NCBI GenBank assembly: GCA_002787405.1
Contig: PCWQ01000007.1
Coordinates: 102,250-166,249, forward strand
Direction: 5' to 3'
Origin: Candidatus Komeilibacteria bacterium CG11_big_fil_rev_8_21_14_0_20_36_20
Lineage (GTDB): Bacteria > Patescibacteriota > Patescibacteriia > UBA1558 > GWA2-36-10
Length of the DNA stretch: 64,000 bases
Both the position numbers and the translations under genes were made by a program. Below are positions 1-9,524 of the stretch, piece by piece (position 1 is the stretch's first letter; the number at the start of each line of letters is the position of its first letter). The notes under the pieces were generated by a model, which made no database searches, was not told where the DNA came from, and saw only the letters and a program-made list of their open reading frames with translations.

Positions 1-402
1 TTTCAGACATAAACAATTACCGATTTTAATACTGATTTTCTTTTGAGATGACATAATCTTATCGCCAACCTTTAAACGCTCCGGCGCCAAAATATATTGA
101 CGTTCGCCATCTGCATATAAAACCAAAGCAATGTTAGTATTACGATTGGGATCGTATTCTAAAGATTCCACTTTGGCGGCAATATCGAATTTATCTCTTT
201 TAAAATCAATCAACCGGATAAATCTTTTAGCTCCACCACCTTGATGACGAACCGTAATACGTCCTTTGTTGTTGCGACCAGCTTTTTTCTTTTTAATTAC
301 AACTAAAGATTTAACTGGACGCTTTTTGCTCAGATTTTTGTTGACTACCACACTGGTCTGGCGACGAGCTGGTGTAGTTGGTTTGTATACTTTAACCGGC
401 AT
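1..402 (-). CDS. rplB: 50S ribosomal protein L2, N-terminal part (gene continues past window start)
   Basis: Minus-strand ATG at 402. The translation [19 protein letters not shown]...[16 protein letters not shown] is the canonical L2 N-terminus. It sits downstream of rplW in the S10 operon order. Confidence 0.85.
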   Translation of the reverse strand, partial: MPVKVYKPTTPARRQTSVVVNKNLSKKRPVKSLVVIKKKKAGRNNKGRITVRHQGGGAKRFIRLIDFKRDKFDIAAKVESLEYDPNRNTNIALVLYADGERQYILAPERLKVGDKIMSSQKKISIKIGNCLCLK

Positions 403-410
403 AATCTTTA

Positions 411-845
411 TTAAATACCTTCATATAATTTAATTGTTTCCCCTTTTTTCAAGGTGACAATAGCTTTCTTCCTATTTTTTGTAGAACCGAGATAACGACC
501 AAAACGAACTCTCTCCCCTTCTTTGTTAATAATATTTACTGCCTGGGGGACAACACCATATAACTCTTCTATGGCCTTTTTGACTTCAACTTTATTGGCT
601 CGGGGAGAAACCTCAAAAACATACTTGTTTAGAGAAACCCCAATAGTGGCTTTTTCTGAAATAATCGGCTTTAATAAAACTCGGTATGCCTTAACGGTTT
701 TAACTGGTTTACTTGGCTGAACTACTGGAGGGAGGGATTGTTTTGTGTCCTTCCTTTTTTCTTCTTTTTTCGCCTTCAAAACAACGGGTACGGCTGACTG
801 ATCCTTCTTTTTTTCTTCTTTAATTTTTCGGCTAAAAATACCCAT
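411..845 (-). CDS. rplW: 50S ribosomal protein L23 with ~50-aa lysine-rich N-terminal extension
   Basis: The core [14 protein letters not shown]...VNIINKEGE matches L23 and sits between rplD and rplB. The N-terminus, [15 protein letters not shown]...KPVKTVK, is an extra basic tail. Confidence 0.85.
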   Translation of the reverse strand: MGIFSRKIKEEKKKDQSAVPVVLKAKKEEKRKDTKQSLPPVVQPSKPVKTVKAYRVLLKPIISEKATIGVSLNKYVFEVSPRANKVEVKKAIEELYGVVPQAVNIINKEGERVRFGRYLGSTKNRKKAIVTLKKGETIKLYEGI

Positions 846-849
846 ATAT

Positions 850-1485
850 TTATAAATAAAATTCTTGAAGTTTTTTAACTAATTCTTTATTAATCACTAA
901 GTATCTGCTCTTTAATAAATCAACTACATTAAGACTGTTATAACCAATCGTCTTGATTTTAGATAAATTACGAGCGGCTAAAACTATACTATCTTTGGCG
1001 CCCTTAGTAACAATCAAAACTTTCTGGTCGCCTATTTTTAATTTATCTAATGTTTGCTTTAAAATTTTAGTCTTAGCAGCCGGTAAATTATATGTATCAA
1101 ATAAAATCAAATTTTTATTAGTTACCTTGTCACTTAAGACCATCTTTAAAGCTTGGGATTTAATTTTTTTATTAATTTTAATTGAAAAATTACGTTCCGC
1201 AGTTGGTCCAAAAGTCACTCCACCACCAACCCACAAAGGAGAACGAATGGATCCATGACGGGCTCGTCCAGTGCCCTTCTGTCGCCACGGCTTACGGCCA
1301 CCACCTCGCACATCTGCTCGGCCTTTAGTATGAGCAATGGGCTTTCTAGCATTAGCTTGTTGGGCCACCACGACATTATGTACCACTTCTGGCTTAACCG
1401 AAATTCCAAATAACTTAGGATCTAAAACTTCTTCTCCTAATTCCTGACCCTGAAAATTATATAATTTTATCTTAATCTCTGCCAT
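850..1485 (-). CDS. rplD: 50S ribosomal protein L4
   Basis: The L4 motif KPWRQKGTGRARHGS is present and the gene follows rplC in operon order. Confidence 0.9.
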   Translation of the reverse strand: MAEIKIKLYNFQGQELGEEVLDPKLFGISVKPEVVHNVVVAQQANARKPIAHTKGRADVRGGGRKPWRQKGTGRARHGSIRSPLWVGGGVTFGPTAERNFSIKINKKIKSQALKMVLSDKVTNKNLILFDTYNLPAAKTKILKQTLDKLKIGDQKVLIVTKGAKDSIVLAARNLSKIKTIGYNSLNVVDLLKSRYLVINKELVKKLQEFYL

Positions 1486-1486
1486 A

Positions 1487-2263
1487 TTATTTAGTCTGCT
1501 CTTCTTTTTTATCTTTCTCTTCTTTATTTTCTTCTGATACTTTTTCTGTTTTCTCTACTGACTGCTTAGCATCCTTCTCATCCTCATCGGTATTTTTTAT
1601 TTCTTTTTTATCCTCCAACTTAGCTTCAGTATTAGCAGGATCAATAAACTGTAAATCACCATCAGTTATAATACTAACTAAAGTATTTCTAGCACCAGCC
1701 ACTGCCCCCTTGATATATAATAAATGATTTTTTTCATCTGCTTCAATCAATTCTAAATTACTCAAAGTGACTTTTTGTCCTCCCATACGACCAGCCATTC
1801 TAGTGCCTTTAAAAACTCTAGCTGCATCAGTAGCGCCGATTGAACCAGGCATCCTTAATTGATCTTTATGACCATGAGTAGCTGGCGATCCGTGAAAACC
1901 ATGTCTTCTAACCACACCTTGAAAACCTTTGCCTTTAGCTATAGCTGCTACTTTCAATTTATCACCTGGTTTAAAACTGGTAACATCAAAAATCTGACCA
2001 CGTTTTATATTATCAGTAGAAGTAACTCTAAATTCACGCACATATCTAAAATTACTTAATCCTTTCAAATGTCCCTGCAAAGATTTACTTAATTTACTTT
2101 TCTGACCAAAACCAATCTGCACGGCTTGATAGCCATCTTTTTTTCCTTTTACTTGAGTTACTGTACAAGGACCAGCTTTAACAACGGTCACTGGAACAAC
2201 TAATCCGTTTTCTAGAAACTTCTGGGTCATATTCAGTTTTACGCCTAAAATAAACTTGGCCAT
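1487..2263 (-). CDS. rplC: 50S ribosomal protein L3 with acidic/lysine-rich C-terminal extension
   Basis: L3 motifs: GKGFQGVVRRHGFHG and TRMAGRMGG. The C-terminal ~45 aa, KLEDKKEIKNTDEDEKDAKQ..., are low complexity. Confidence 0.9.
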   Translation of the reverse strand: MAKFILGVKLNMTQKFLENGLVVPVTVVKAGPCTVTQVKGKKDGYQAVQIGFGQKSKLSKSLQGHLKGLSNFRYVREFRVTSTDNIKRGQIFDVTSFKPGDKLKVAAIAKGKGFQGVVRRHGFHGSPATHGHKDQLRMPGSIGATDAARVFKGTRMAGRMGGQKVTLSNLELIEADEKNHLLYIKGAVAGARNTLVSIITDGDLQFIDPANTEAKLEDKKEIKNTDEDEKDAKQSVEKTEKVSEENKEEKDKKEEQTK

Positions 2264-2290
2264 ATATTAACTATCTACTATCAACTATTT

Positions 2291-2335
2291 AAAAATCGCA
2301 ATTTTGCTCTCAAAAATTTTAAGGACAAAATCGCG
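2291..2335 (-). promoter_or_regulatory. Terminator-like attenuator hairpin ~30 nt upstream of the rplC start codon
   Basis: On the minus strand a 10-bp stem (cgcgauuuug/caaaauugcg, one GU pair) with a 19-nt loop is followed by AUUUUUAAAU. It lies inside a 248-nt ORF-free spacer between rpsJ and rplC. Confidence 0.4.
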
Positions 2336-2511
2336 ACTACTAGCATACTAGTTCATTAATAGTTTAATTATGAATTATAATTTAGCAATCTTTTCCTTAA
2401 AATAGATTATCTACTTACACACTTCCTCGCTAAAGGGTTATATAAATAAATAAAATATTCTTATAATTTATTCCGCCAAAAGCAGCTTATCTGCTAGCTT
2501 CTAGCTGAAAT

Positions 2512-2835
2512 CTACATTTTAATTTCTACATCCACTCCAGCTGGTAAATTTAAATTCATCAAAGCGTCAACTGTCTGAGAAGTAGGATTAATAATATCAA
2601 GCATCCTTTTGTGGACCCTCATCTCATATTGATCACGGGCATTTTTATGAACAAATGTTGATCGTAAAACAGTAAACTTCTTCTTATCAGTTGGTAAAGG
2701 AATAGGACCAATGACTTTAGCATCAGTACGTTGGACTGTTTCAATGATTGTCTTGGTGGATTGATCAATTATCTTATGATCATAAGCCCTGATCTTAATC
2801 CTGATTCTGGACTGAGTTTCTTCTTTTGCTTGCAT
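2512..2835 (-). CDS. rpsJ: 30S ribosomal protein S10
   Basis: S10 signature [17 protein letters not shown]...PIPLPT, located downstream of tuf. Confidence 0.9.
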   Translation of the reverse strand: MQAKEETQSRIRIKIRAYDHKIIDQSTKTIIETVQRTDAKVIGPIPLPTDKKKFTVLRSTFVHKNARDQYEMRVHKRMLDIINPTSQTVDALMNLNLPAGVDVEIKM

Positions 2836-2880
2836 GGAGCTTGAAATCTAATTATTAATTTACTTAATTAATTTATATTT

Positions 2881-2907
2881 AACCCCGCCGCCCAAACGGG
2901 CAAGCGG
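2881..2907 (-). terminator. GC-rich hairpin downstream of tuf (weak U-tract)
   Basis: ccccgccgcccaaacgggcaagcgggg forms a nested stem CCCCGC/GCGGGG with an inner GCCC/GGGC stem, immediately after the tuf stop. Confidence 0.35.
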
Positions 2908-2916
2908 GGAAAATAT

Positions 2917-4104
2917 TTATTTAATAATCTTAGTGACTACACCAGCGCCGACTGTACGACCGCCTTCGCGAATAGCAAATCTTGATTTTTCTTCTAAAGC
3001 TACCGGCACAATCAATTTAATCTTTAGATTAACCGTATCGCCAGGCATGATCATCTCTGTTCCTTCTGGTAATTCAATTTCGCCAGTTACATCAGTGGTT
3101 CTAATATAAAACTGTGGTTTATAACCTTTAAAGAATGGAGTATGTCGTCCGCCTTCCTCTTTACTTAAAATATATACTTCTGCTTCAAATTCGGTGTGAG
3201 GAGTAATAGTACCCGGTTTGGCTAAAACCTGACCGCGTTCCACATCGTCTTTTTTGGTACCTCTTAATAAAAGACCAGCATTATCACCAGCACGACCTTC
3301 GTCTAATTGTTTATTAAACATTTCAATGCCAGTGACGACGGTCTTAGTGGTATCCTTCAAACCAACCATTTCCACTTCTTCATTTAATTTAACAATACCT
3401 CTTTCAATACGACCGGTAACTACTGTGCCTCGGCCTTCAATGGAAAAGATATCCTCGATTGGCATTAAGAATGGCTGTTCAGTATCACGTTTTGGTTCTG
3501 GAATATATTCATCTAATGCCTTAATTAATTCATCAATTGGTTTGGCGTCATCGCCGGTTGGATTTTCCAAAGCTTTTAAAGCCGATCCTCTGATAATTGG
3601 CACTTCATCTCCCGGAAATTCATATTTCTTTAATAAGTCTCTGATTTCCTCTTCCACTAAATCAACTAATTCAGGATCGTCTACCTGATCCATTTTATTT
3701 AAGAAAACAATAAGATAAGGAACGCCAACTTGACGAGCCAATAAAATATGTTCTCTGGTCTGTGGCATTGGACCATCAGCGGCTGAAACGACTAAAATAG
3801 CGCCATCCATCTGGGCAGCACCAGTAATCATATTTTTAACATAGTCAGCGTGACCCGGACAGTCTACATGAGCGTAATGTCTTTTGTCGCTCTCATATTC
3901 CACATGAGCGGTAGCAATAGTAATGCCGCGCTCTCTTTCTTCTGGAGCATTATCAATCTGATCAACACCTTTTTGTTGAGCAATTTTTCCTTCAGCTACT
4001 AATACCTTTAAGATAGCCGCCGTCAAAGTGGTTTTGCCATGATCAACATGACCAATGGTTCCAACATTGATGTGAGGTTTTTCTCTTTTAAAAACTTCTG
4101 CCAT
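2917..4104 (-). CDS. tuf: Elongation factor Tu
   Basis: EF-Tu motifs [18 protein letters not shown] and NKMD. An AAGGAG Shine-Dalgarno sits 9 nt upstream of the ATG at 4104 ([11 protein letters not shown]). The longer ORF starting at 4134 ([10 protein letters not shown]) is not supported. Confidence 0.95.
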   Translation of the reverse strand: MAEVFKREKPHINVGTIGHVDHGKTTLTAAILKVLVAEGKIAQQKGVDQIDNAPEERERGITIATAHVEYESDKRHYAHVDCPGHADYVKNMITGAAQMDGAILVVSAADGPMPQTREHILLARQVGVPYLIVFLNKMDQVDDPELVDLVEEEIRDLLKKYEFPGDEVPIIRGSALKALENPTGDDAKPIDELIKALDEYIPEPKRDTEQPFLMPIEDIFSIEGRGTVVTGRIERGIVKLNEEVEMVGLKDTTKTVVTGIEMFNKQLDEGRAGDNAGLLLRGTKKDDVERGQVLAKPGTITPHTEFEAEVYILSKEEGGRHTPFFKGYKPQFYIRTTDVTGEIELPEGTEMIMPGDTVNLKIKLIVPVALEEKSRFAIREGGRTVGAGVVTKIIK

Positions 4105-4291
4105 TTTTATGTTTCTCCTTTGATAGCGTCCCAATAAACAGGACTTTGTAACCCAACTATCGTGGTTTAATTATTTTTTATTAATCTTATAAAACACAAA
4201 GGATTATAGCATGGATTTATAATTTTGACAAGTATTTGTTAAGCTACTTATCAAATTAATTATATTTTAACTAATATTAGCCAAAATATTA

Positions 4292-4684
4292 TTAATCAAG
4301 CGGTTCAATATAATACTTATCATCTTCATCAACTGTGGCTGTATTAACATCAGCTTTCTTATCAGCTCCTAAATTATTTTCAGGAGCTTTATCTTTTACT
4401 TCTACTTTTTCTTTCTTCTTTAAACTTTCCACTTTAAAATCCTCTAAATCATATCCCTCCAGATCATTCTGGGAAGATTTCCAGATGGCAATGTCACGAT
4501 TAATCTTCTCCAATAATTGCTCTTCCGTTAAGTCATTAATTGGTGCAAAACCCTTTAGTAAGGCCTCATATTCCTTAAGTCCCATTAAAACATAAGGGTC
4601 GTGATTCTCAGAAACCACAATAACTTTATCATTGGTTTTAGAGACTAAGTCAAAGACTTGATCTAGCTTTTTGTAGTTAACCAT
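4292..4684 (-). CDS. Hypothetical acidic protein, weak Phd/YefM-antitoxin-like N-terminus
   Basis: 130-aa ORF. The N-terminus DKVIVVSENHDPYVLMGLKEYEALL resembles the Phd/YefM beta-strand/helix motif. The C-terminus is an acidic low-complexity tail. No toxin partner is adjacent. Confidence 0.45.
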   Translation of the reverse strand: MVNYKKLDQVFDLVSKTNDKVIVVSENHDPYVLMGLKEYEALLKGFAPINDLTEEQLLEKINRDIAIWKSSQNDLEGYDLEDFKVESLKKKEKVEVKDKAPENNLGADKKADVNTATVDEDDKYYIEPLD

Positions 4685-4749
4685 ATTTTTGTCTTAAAGT
4701 GCTGGTATATTAGTAAAAAAATCAGCTTTTGTCAAATTTTTAATTTCTG

Positions 4750-4778
4750 TTGACATATCATTCAAAATATGTTATTTT
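4750..4778 (+). promoter_or_regulatory. Candidate sigma70 promoter for the 4827 ORF
   Basis: TTGACA, a 17-nt spacer, then an extended -10 TGtTATTTT. An AAGGAG RBS sits 8 nt before the ATG at 4827. Confidence 0.4.
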
Positions 4779-4826
4779 ACTCTAATTAATCGTAAATTGA
4801 AAAAACCTTTTCAAAGGAGCTAAACA

Positions 4827-5351
4827 ATGAAAAAAATTATCATTGTTTTATCAGTTATGCTATTAATCAACAGTATAGCCATGGCGACAGATATACTTGT
4901 CACCCCAGAAAAATATGCTGAAATTCAAATTCCAACATCGATCACTACTTCAACCGTAATTCATTTTCAATACCAAAATTATAATTACGATGCTATCATT
5001 ATTCTATTTAATGATTGTCCGGATAACGATCTTTTCATCTTATACCAATTATATCCGAACAAAGAGGGCGAGAAGGGAGATTTTACTCGACTAAAAGCCA
5101 CAACTGAAAAAATAATACATTTGTGGCAAGGTAACACTAAAAAAACAGAAGCTGCAAAAGATCAAGATGATAGATTAGGGCAAAGAATTTCGCTATTATC
5201 TCCTAAATGGCCGGAGGAAAATCGCGACAAGTTAGATCAATTAATAGTTGATATGGCTAATTCGCAAGAATTTGAAAACATTTCCGTAAGTATTTTTTTC
5301 AAAAATCTGCCATTTTGGCTAGAAAAAGCCATACTGGCTAAATGCGAATAA
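4827..5351 (+). CDS. Secreted hypothetical protein
   Basis: 174-aa ORF with a strong RBS. The N-terminus MKKIIIVLSVMLLINSIAMA is a signal peptide. A weak hairpin plus T-run terminator follows at ~5358-5400. Confidence 0.6.
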   Translation: MKKIIIVLSVMLLINSIAMATDILVTPEKYAEIQIPTSITTSTVIHFQYQNYNYDAIIILFNDCPDNDLFILYQLYPNKEGEKGDFTRLKATTEKIIHLWQGNTKKTEAAKDQDDRLGQRISLLSPKWPEENRDKLDQLIVDMANSQEFENISVSIFFKNLPFWLEKAILAKCE

Positions 5352-5439
5352 AAAAAATTTAAGGGCCCTGGATAGACAATTTATCCGGGACCTTTTTCGT
5401 TTTTTAAAATGCCCTTTTAAATAAGGTTATTTATTCCCC

Positions 5440-5468
5440 TTGACAAGATTTTAAAAATATGCTATACT
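5440..5468 (+). promoter_or_regulatory. Promoter P1 of the orphan unit
   Basis: TTGACA (5440-5445), a 17-nt spacer, an extended TGc and TATACT (5463-5468). This is near-perfect sigma70 consensus. Confidence 0.65.
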
Positions 5469-5524
5469 TATTTATTAAATAAAAAACCAGCTAAACATTT
5501 ATATTCCAGATATCCCAAAAGCTC

Positions 5525-5553
5525 TTGACAAAACATTTAATATATGATATACT
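5525..5553 (+). promoter_or_regulatory. Promoter P2 of the orphan unit
   Basis: TTGACA (5525-5530), a 17-nt spacer, an extended TGa and TATACT (5548-5553). It is a second tandem consensus promoter 85 nt downstream of P1. Confidence 0.65.
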
Positions 5554-5632
5554 ACGATATTAAATGAAAAGCACCTAAAAACCCAGTTTAAACCCAGTTA
5601 ATTTATAAAGCGCTGATATGGAGGGGTAGAGA

Positions 5633-5698
5633 ATGAATTATAGAACTGATTGTATAGGGTCTTGGCTCTATGTTTTCAGGGAAATTAATTCAGTTTAA
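5633..5698 (+). CDS. 21-codon sORF (MNYRTDCIGSWLYVFREINSV) in the orphan transcript
   Basis: The ATG is preceded by GGAGGGG at 7-8 nt spacing and the stop is TAA. Translation is unproven. Confidence 0.25.
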   Translation: MNYRTDCIGSWLYVFREINSV

Positions 5699-5757
5699 TA
5701 ATTCGCTTAGCGAATAAAGTTAAACAACTCGCCTCCAGATCAGTCCTTTGTAAAGGA

Positions 5758-5872
5758 AAAATTTGGCAATGGCAGCCCTGAGAGGGGACAAGGCTGTGTC
5801 AAAGGCCTGCGAAGGAACCTTTGTCATGGATCTCTAGCGATCCATAGCGGGGCAGATCCGCTCATTGCCAAC
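5758..5872 (+). ncRNA. Candidate structured ncRNA domain of unknown class
   Basis: A 9-bp closing helix (TTGGCAATG...CATTGCCAA) encloses four consecutive hairpins: CAGCC/GGCTG; CAAAGG/CCTTTG with a 12-nt loop containing GAAGGAA; ATGGATC/GATCCAT; and AGCGG/CCGCT. A further perfect 10-bp hairpin lies at 5948-5969. Two consensus promoters lie upstream and a terminator downstream. No ORF of 60 aa or more exists on either strand across 5352-6100. Confidence 0.45.
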
Positions 5873-6020
5873 GAATTTTCGGGGGGTTTTATATAAATTA
5901 TATTTTCATATAAAGTTACTTTATAAAAGATTTTATATAAATCCTACAGCATGAGTACATACTCATGCTCCTATCCGAGTTTATTAACTGATGTTAATAA
6001 ATTCAGCTGGGATAAACCAA

Positions 6021-6048
6021 AAAGCTGCTTCCTCTGAAGCAGTTTTTT
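6021..6048. terminator. Bidirectional intrinsic terminator for the orphan + strand unit and minus-strand fusA
   Basis: Stem GCTGCTTC, loop ctct, stem GAAGCAG. It is flanked by AAA on the 5' side and TTTTTT on the 3' side. Confidence 0.7.
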
Positions 6049-6101
6049 GGTTATCTAAATCCCTTCTCACTCCCCCTTGACAGGGGGAGAAAAAATGGAA
6101 A

Positions 6102-8198
6102 TTAATTTTTCTTAATAATTTCTTCAGCAATATTTTTCGGTACCTCCTGATAGCGACTGAACTCCATGCTATAACTGGCCCTGCCTTGCGTCATTGAACG
6201 TAAAGCAGTGGCATAACCAAACATCTCTGACAATGGCACATCAGCATGAATAACTTTAACCCCAGCCCGATCAGTCATTTCAGAAACCTGTCCCCTCTTG
6301 GAATTCAAATCACCAATGACGTCACCCATATATTGTTCCGGGGTCACTGCCTCTATAGACATAATCGGTTCTAAAATAACTGGCTGAGCTCTTCTAAAGG
6401 CCTCTTTAAAAGCCATGGAGCCAGCTACTTTAAAGGCGGCTTCCGAAGAATCAACATCATGATAAGAACCGTCATAGACTATTGCCTTAACATCCTCTAT
6501 TTTATAGCCGGCTAAAACACCATTATCTAGCGTTTCTTTAACGCCTTTTTCAATAGCTGGAATATATTCTTTGGGAATAATACCACCTTTAATTTCATCA
6601 CTAAACTCAAAACCTGTGCCTCTGACTAAGGGTTCAACACGCAGCCAACAATGACCGTATTGTCCCCGACCACCTGATTGCTTGATATATTTTCCTTCAG
6701 CTTCCGCAATAGCAGTAATAGTTTCTTTATAAGCCACCTGAGGAGCGCCGACATTAGCTTCCACTGAGAACTCACGTTTCATGCGATCAACAATAATATC
6801 CAAATGCAACTCGCCCATACCGCCAATAATTATCTGGTTAGTTTCTTCATCGCTACGCACCGTAAAGGTAGGATCTTCTTCTGTTAATTTAGACAAAGCC
6901 ATGCCCATTTTTTCCTGATCAGCTTTAGTCTTTGGCTCTACGGCTACAAAAATAACTGGTTCTGGAAACTGCATGCTTTCCAAAACTACCTGATCTTCAC
7001 TAGCCGCTAAAGTGTGCCCCGTGCTGGTATCTTTAAGACCAACTACAGCCACAATGTCTCCAGTATTGATTTCCTCAACTTCTTCCCGAGCGTTAGCGTG
7101 CATCCGCAAAATACGACCGATTCTTTCTCTTTTATCCTTATTAACATTATAAACATAAGAACCAGATTTCAAAATGCCGGAATAAACTCTAATAAAAGTC
7201 AACTTACCAACATAAGGATCGCTAGCCACTTTAAAAGCCAAAGCTGTGAATGGTTCATTATCATCCGGCTTAACAATAACTTTAGTTTCCTCATCATCCG
7301 GCTTGGTTCCTTCCATAGCCGGCACATCTAAAGGCGATGGCAAATAAGCAGTAATAGCGTCTAACAAAAACTGCACCCCTTTATTTTTTAAAGCGGAACC
7401 ACAAAATACTGGCACAATTTTATTATGAATAACGGCCTGACGCAAAACTTTTTTCAAATCAATAATATCTGGTTCTTCACCATTTAGATATTTCTCCATC
7501 AAAATTTCATCATGCTCAACAATAGCTTCGATCAACTTACCGCGATATTCCTCTACTTTATCTTTTAGATCATCTGGAATATCTCTTTTCTCAAATTGCT
7601 TACCTTCTTCATCCAAATAATACCAAGCTTCTCTCTCTAATAAATTAATAATACCCGCAAAGGTTTCGGCTGCACCAATCGGCAATTGCATCGGATGAGC
7701 GTTTTTGGTCAATCTTTCATCAATAGTTTTTAAATCAAAATAAAAATCAGCACCCATGCGATCCATCTTGTTAACAAAAGCCAAACGCGGCACTTTGTAT
7801 TTATCAGCTTGCCGCCAAACTGTTTCTGATTGCGGCTCAACACCAGCCACACCATCAAAAACAATGACTCCGCCGTCCAAAACACGCAATGAACGCTCTA
7901 CTTCTACAGTAAAGTCAACATGACCGGGAGTATCAATAATATTAATGTTAGCATTTTCACCGGCCAACCAATCTGGTAAAGGCCAAAAACAAGTAGTGGC
8001 CGCTGAAGTAATAGTAATACCTCTTTCTTTCTCTTGAACCATCCAATCCATTTCGGCCTGTCCTTCGTGAACTTCACCAATTTTATGTTTTTTACCAGTA
8101 TAAAAAAGAATTCGCTCGGTTACGGTAGTTTTCCCTGCATCAATATGAGCGATGATTCCAATATTTCTAATTCTTTCTAAAGGATACTGTCTCCCCAT
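6102..8198 (-). CDS. fusA: Elongation factor G
   Basis: 698 aa with an [10 protein letters not shown]-domain and the full EF-G domain set. Confidence 0.95.
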   Translation of the reverse strand: MGRQYPLERIRNIGIIAHIDAGKTTVTERILFYTGKKHKIGEVHEGQAEMDWMVQEKERGITITSAATTCFWPLPDWLAGENANINIIDTPGHVDFTVEVERSLRVLDGGVIVFDGVAGVEPQSETVWRQADKYKVPRLAFVNKMDRMGADFYFDLKTIDERLTKNAHPMQLPIGAAETFAGIINLLEREAWYYLDEEGKQFEKRDIPDDLKDKVEEYRGKLIEAIVEHDEILMEKYLNGEEPDIIDLKKVLRQAVIHNKIVPVFCGSALKNKGVQFLLDAITAYLPSPLDVPAMEGTKPDDEETKVIVKPDDNEPFTALAFKVASDPYVGKLTFIRVYSGILKSGSYVYNVNKDKRERIGRILRMHANAREEVEEINTGDIVAVVGLKDTSTGHTLAASEDQVVLESMQFPEPVIFVAVEPKTKADQEKMGMALSKLTEEDPTFTVRSDEETNQIIIGGMGELHLDIIVDRMKREFSVEANVGAPQVAYKETITAIAEAEGKYIKQSGGRGQYGHCWLRVEPLVRGTGFEFSDEIKGGIIPKEYIPAIEKGVKETLDNGVLAGYKIEDVKAIVYDGSYHDVDSSEAAFKVAGSMAFKEAFRRAQPVILEPIMSIEAVTPEQYMGDVIGDLNSKRGQVSEMTDRAGVKVIHADVPLSEMFGYATALRSMTQGRASYSMEFSRYQEVPKNIAEEIIKKN

Positions 8199-8227
8199 AA
8201 GGTTAGTTTAAAGTTAAAATTAAAAAT

Positions 8228-8692
8228 TTAAGCAAAATGAGCAAAAGCTTTATTAGATTCTGCCATTCTTTGAATATCTTCTCTCTTCTTCATAGCTTCA
8301 CCTTCACCTTTGGCGGCAGCAATTAATTCCTCACCTAAACGCGCACTCATAGCTGCACCTTTTCGGGATTGAGCGGCCTTAATAAGCCAACGATGAGCTA
8401 AAGTTAATTTTCTGTCTCCAATCACTACAATCGGCACCTGATAATTAGAGCCGCCGATTCTCTTACCTTTAACTTCCAAATTTGGAGAAACATTACGCAT
8501 AGCGGCGTCGTAAATACTAATGGGGTCCTGTTTGGTTTTATTAGAAATATATTCAAAAGCATTATAGACAATACTTTGAGCCACCGTTTTTTTGCCTCGA
8601 CGCATAATCTTATTGATAAATTTAGCAATATCAACCCGATTAAATTTAGGGTCTGGGGTCACTTGTCTTTTTGTAACTGGTTTACCTCTCAT
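8228..8692 (-). CDS. rpsG: 30S ribosomal protein S7
   Basis: 154 aa; contains the S7 motif NAMRNVSPNLEVKGKRIGG. Confidence 0.95.
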   Translation of the reverse strand: MRGKPVTKRQVTPDPKFNRVDIAKFINKIMRRGKKTVAQSIVYNAFEYISNKTKQDPISIYDAAMRNVSPNLEVKGKRIGGSNYQVPIVVIGDRKLTLAHRWLIKAAQSRKGAAMSARLGEELIAAAKGEGEAMKKREDIQRMAESNKAFAHFA

Positions 8693-8700
8693 ATTTAAAA

Positions 8701-9129
8701 TTATTTACTAGCTTTCTTTTCTCTTTTAGTGCCATATAAAGAGCGCCCTTGTTTGCGACTAGATACACCTTGAGTGTCATAAACACCGCGCACAATATGA
8801 TAACGGACACCCGGGAGATCCTTTACTCTGCCTCCGCGAATCAAAACAATGCTATGTTCCTGCAAATTATGCCCCTCCCCTGGAATATAAGCCGTTACTT
8901 CCATACCATTAGAAAGACGCACTCTGGCAATTTTACGCAAAGCAGAGTTCGGTTTTTTAGGAGTAGCAGTAGTCACTTTTAAACAAACACCTCTTTTAAA
9001 AGGAGCTCCTTTCGGCAGGTCTCTCTTCCTTCTCCTCAAATTATTCAAAACCGTCTTTAAGGCAGGCGTACTGCTTTTAGCTTTTGGTTTTTTTCTTGCT
9101 TTTCTTAATAATTGGTTAACTGTTGGCAT
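8701..9129 (-). CDS. rpsL: 30S ribosomal protein S12
   Basis: S12 motifs: [13 protein letters not shown] and [10 protein letters not shown]. Confidence 0.95.
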   Translation of the reverse strand: MPTVNQLLRKARKKPKAKSSTPALKTVLNNLRRRKRDLPKGAPFKRGVCLKVTTATPKKPNSALRKIARVRLSNGMEVTAYIPGEGHNLQEHSIVLIRGGRVKDLPGVRYHIVRGVYDTQGVSSRKQGRSLYGTKREKKASK

Positions 9130-9475
9130 ATGTTTACATATAGCCTATGGCTGATGGCTTATGGCAACTTATTTAATAAACTGCAAAGATATATCTAAAT
9201 TAATTATTGGCTATTAGCTATATGCTATTAGCCAACTAAGTCCTCAATAAAATAACATAAAAAAATACAACCGTCAACCTTAAACCAGTCGCTAACGCTC
9301 CAGTTCAGGGTTGAGCTATTCTTTTCATTTTAAAGAAATACCCTAGAACTTGCGTTCCAGGGTATTATTTACGTGATATAACATGGTTATAACCTTAAGC
9401 CGTTAAGGCTTTAGCGCTTTATGATTCCTCATGAGGATTATTCAGGTAAAATCAAAGGACTTTACAGTATTGTCT

Positions 9476-9503
9476 ACTATATACTATCTAAAAAATTTGT
9501 CAA
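9476..9503 (-). promoter_or_regulatory. Candidate str-operon promoter (long leader)
   Basis: On the minus strand: TTGACA, a 16-nt spacer, then TATAGT. The 9130-9475 leader contains several hairpins, e.g. 9334-9360. Confidence 0.3.
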
Positions 9504-9524
9504 GTCCGGCAGATAAACTTGGGT

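Noticed and set aside
2917-4134. Longer tuf ORF starting at 4134 ([10 protein letters not shown]...)
   Set aside because: A strong AAGGAG RBS is positioned for the ATG at 4104, and the canonical EF-Tu N-terminus begins there. The upstream extension is spurious.
4292-4684. Toxin-antitoxin module based on the Phd/YefM-like N-terminus
   Set aside because: No adjacent toxin gene (Doc/YoeB/RelE-like) exists. The C-terminal half is an acidic low-complexity tail atypical of antitoxins. I kept it only as a weak similarity.
5560-5900. Considered tmRNA (ssrA), RNase P RNA, SRP RNA or a tRNA for the structured orphan transcript
   Set aside because: I could not find any of the following: a tRNA-like T-arm or CCA-proximal acceptor pairing; an ALAA-type tag ORF; the RNase P P4 motif (GGAAAGUCCGGGC); or the SRP helix-8 GGAA tetraloop consensus. 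I kept it as an RNA of unknown class instead.
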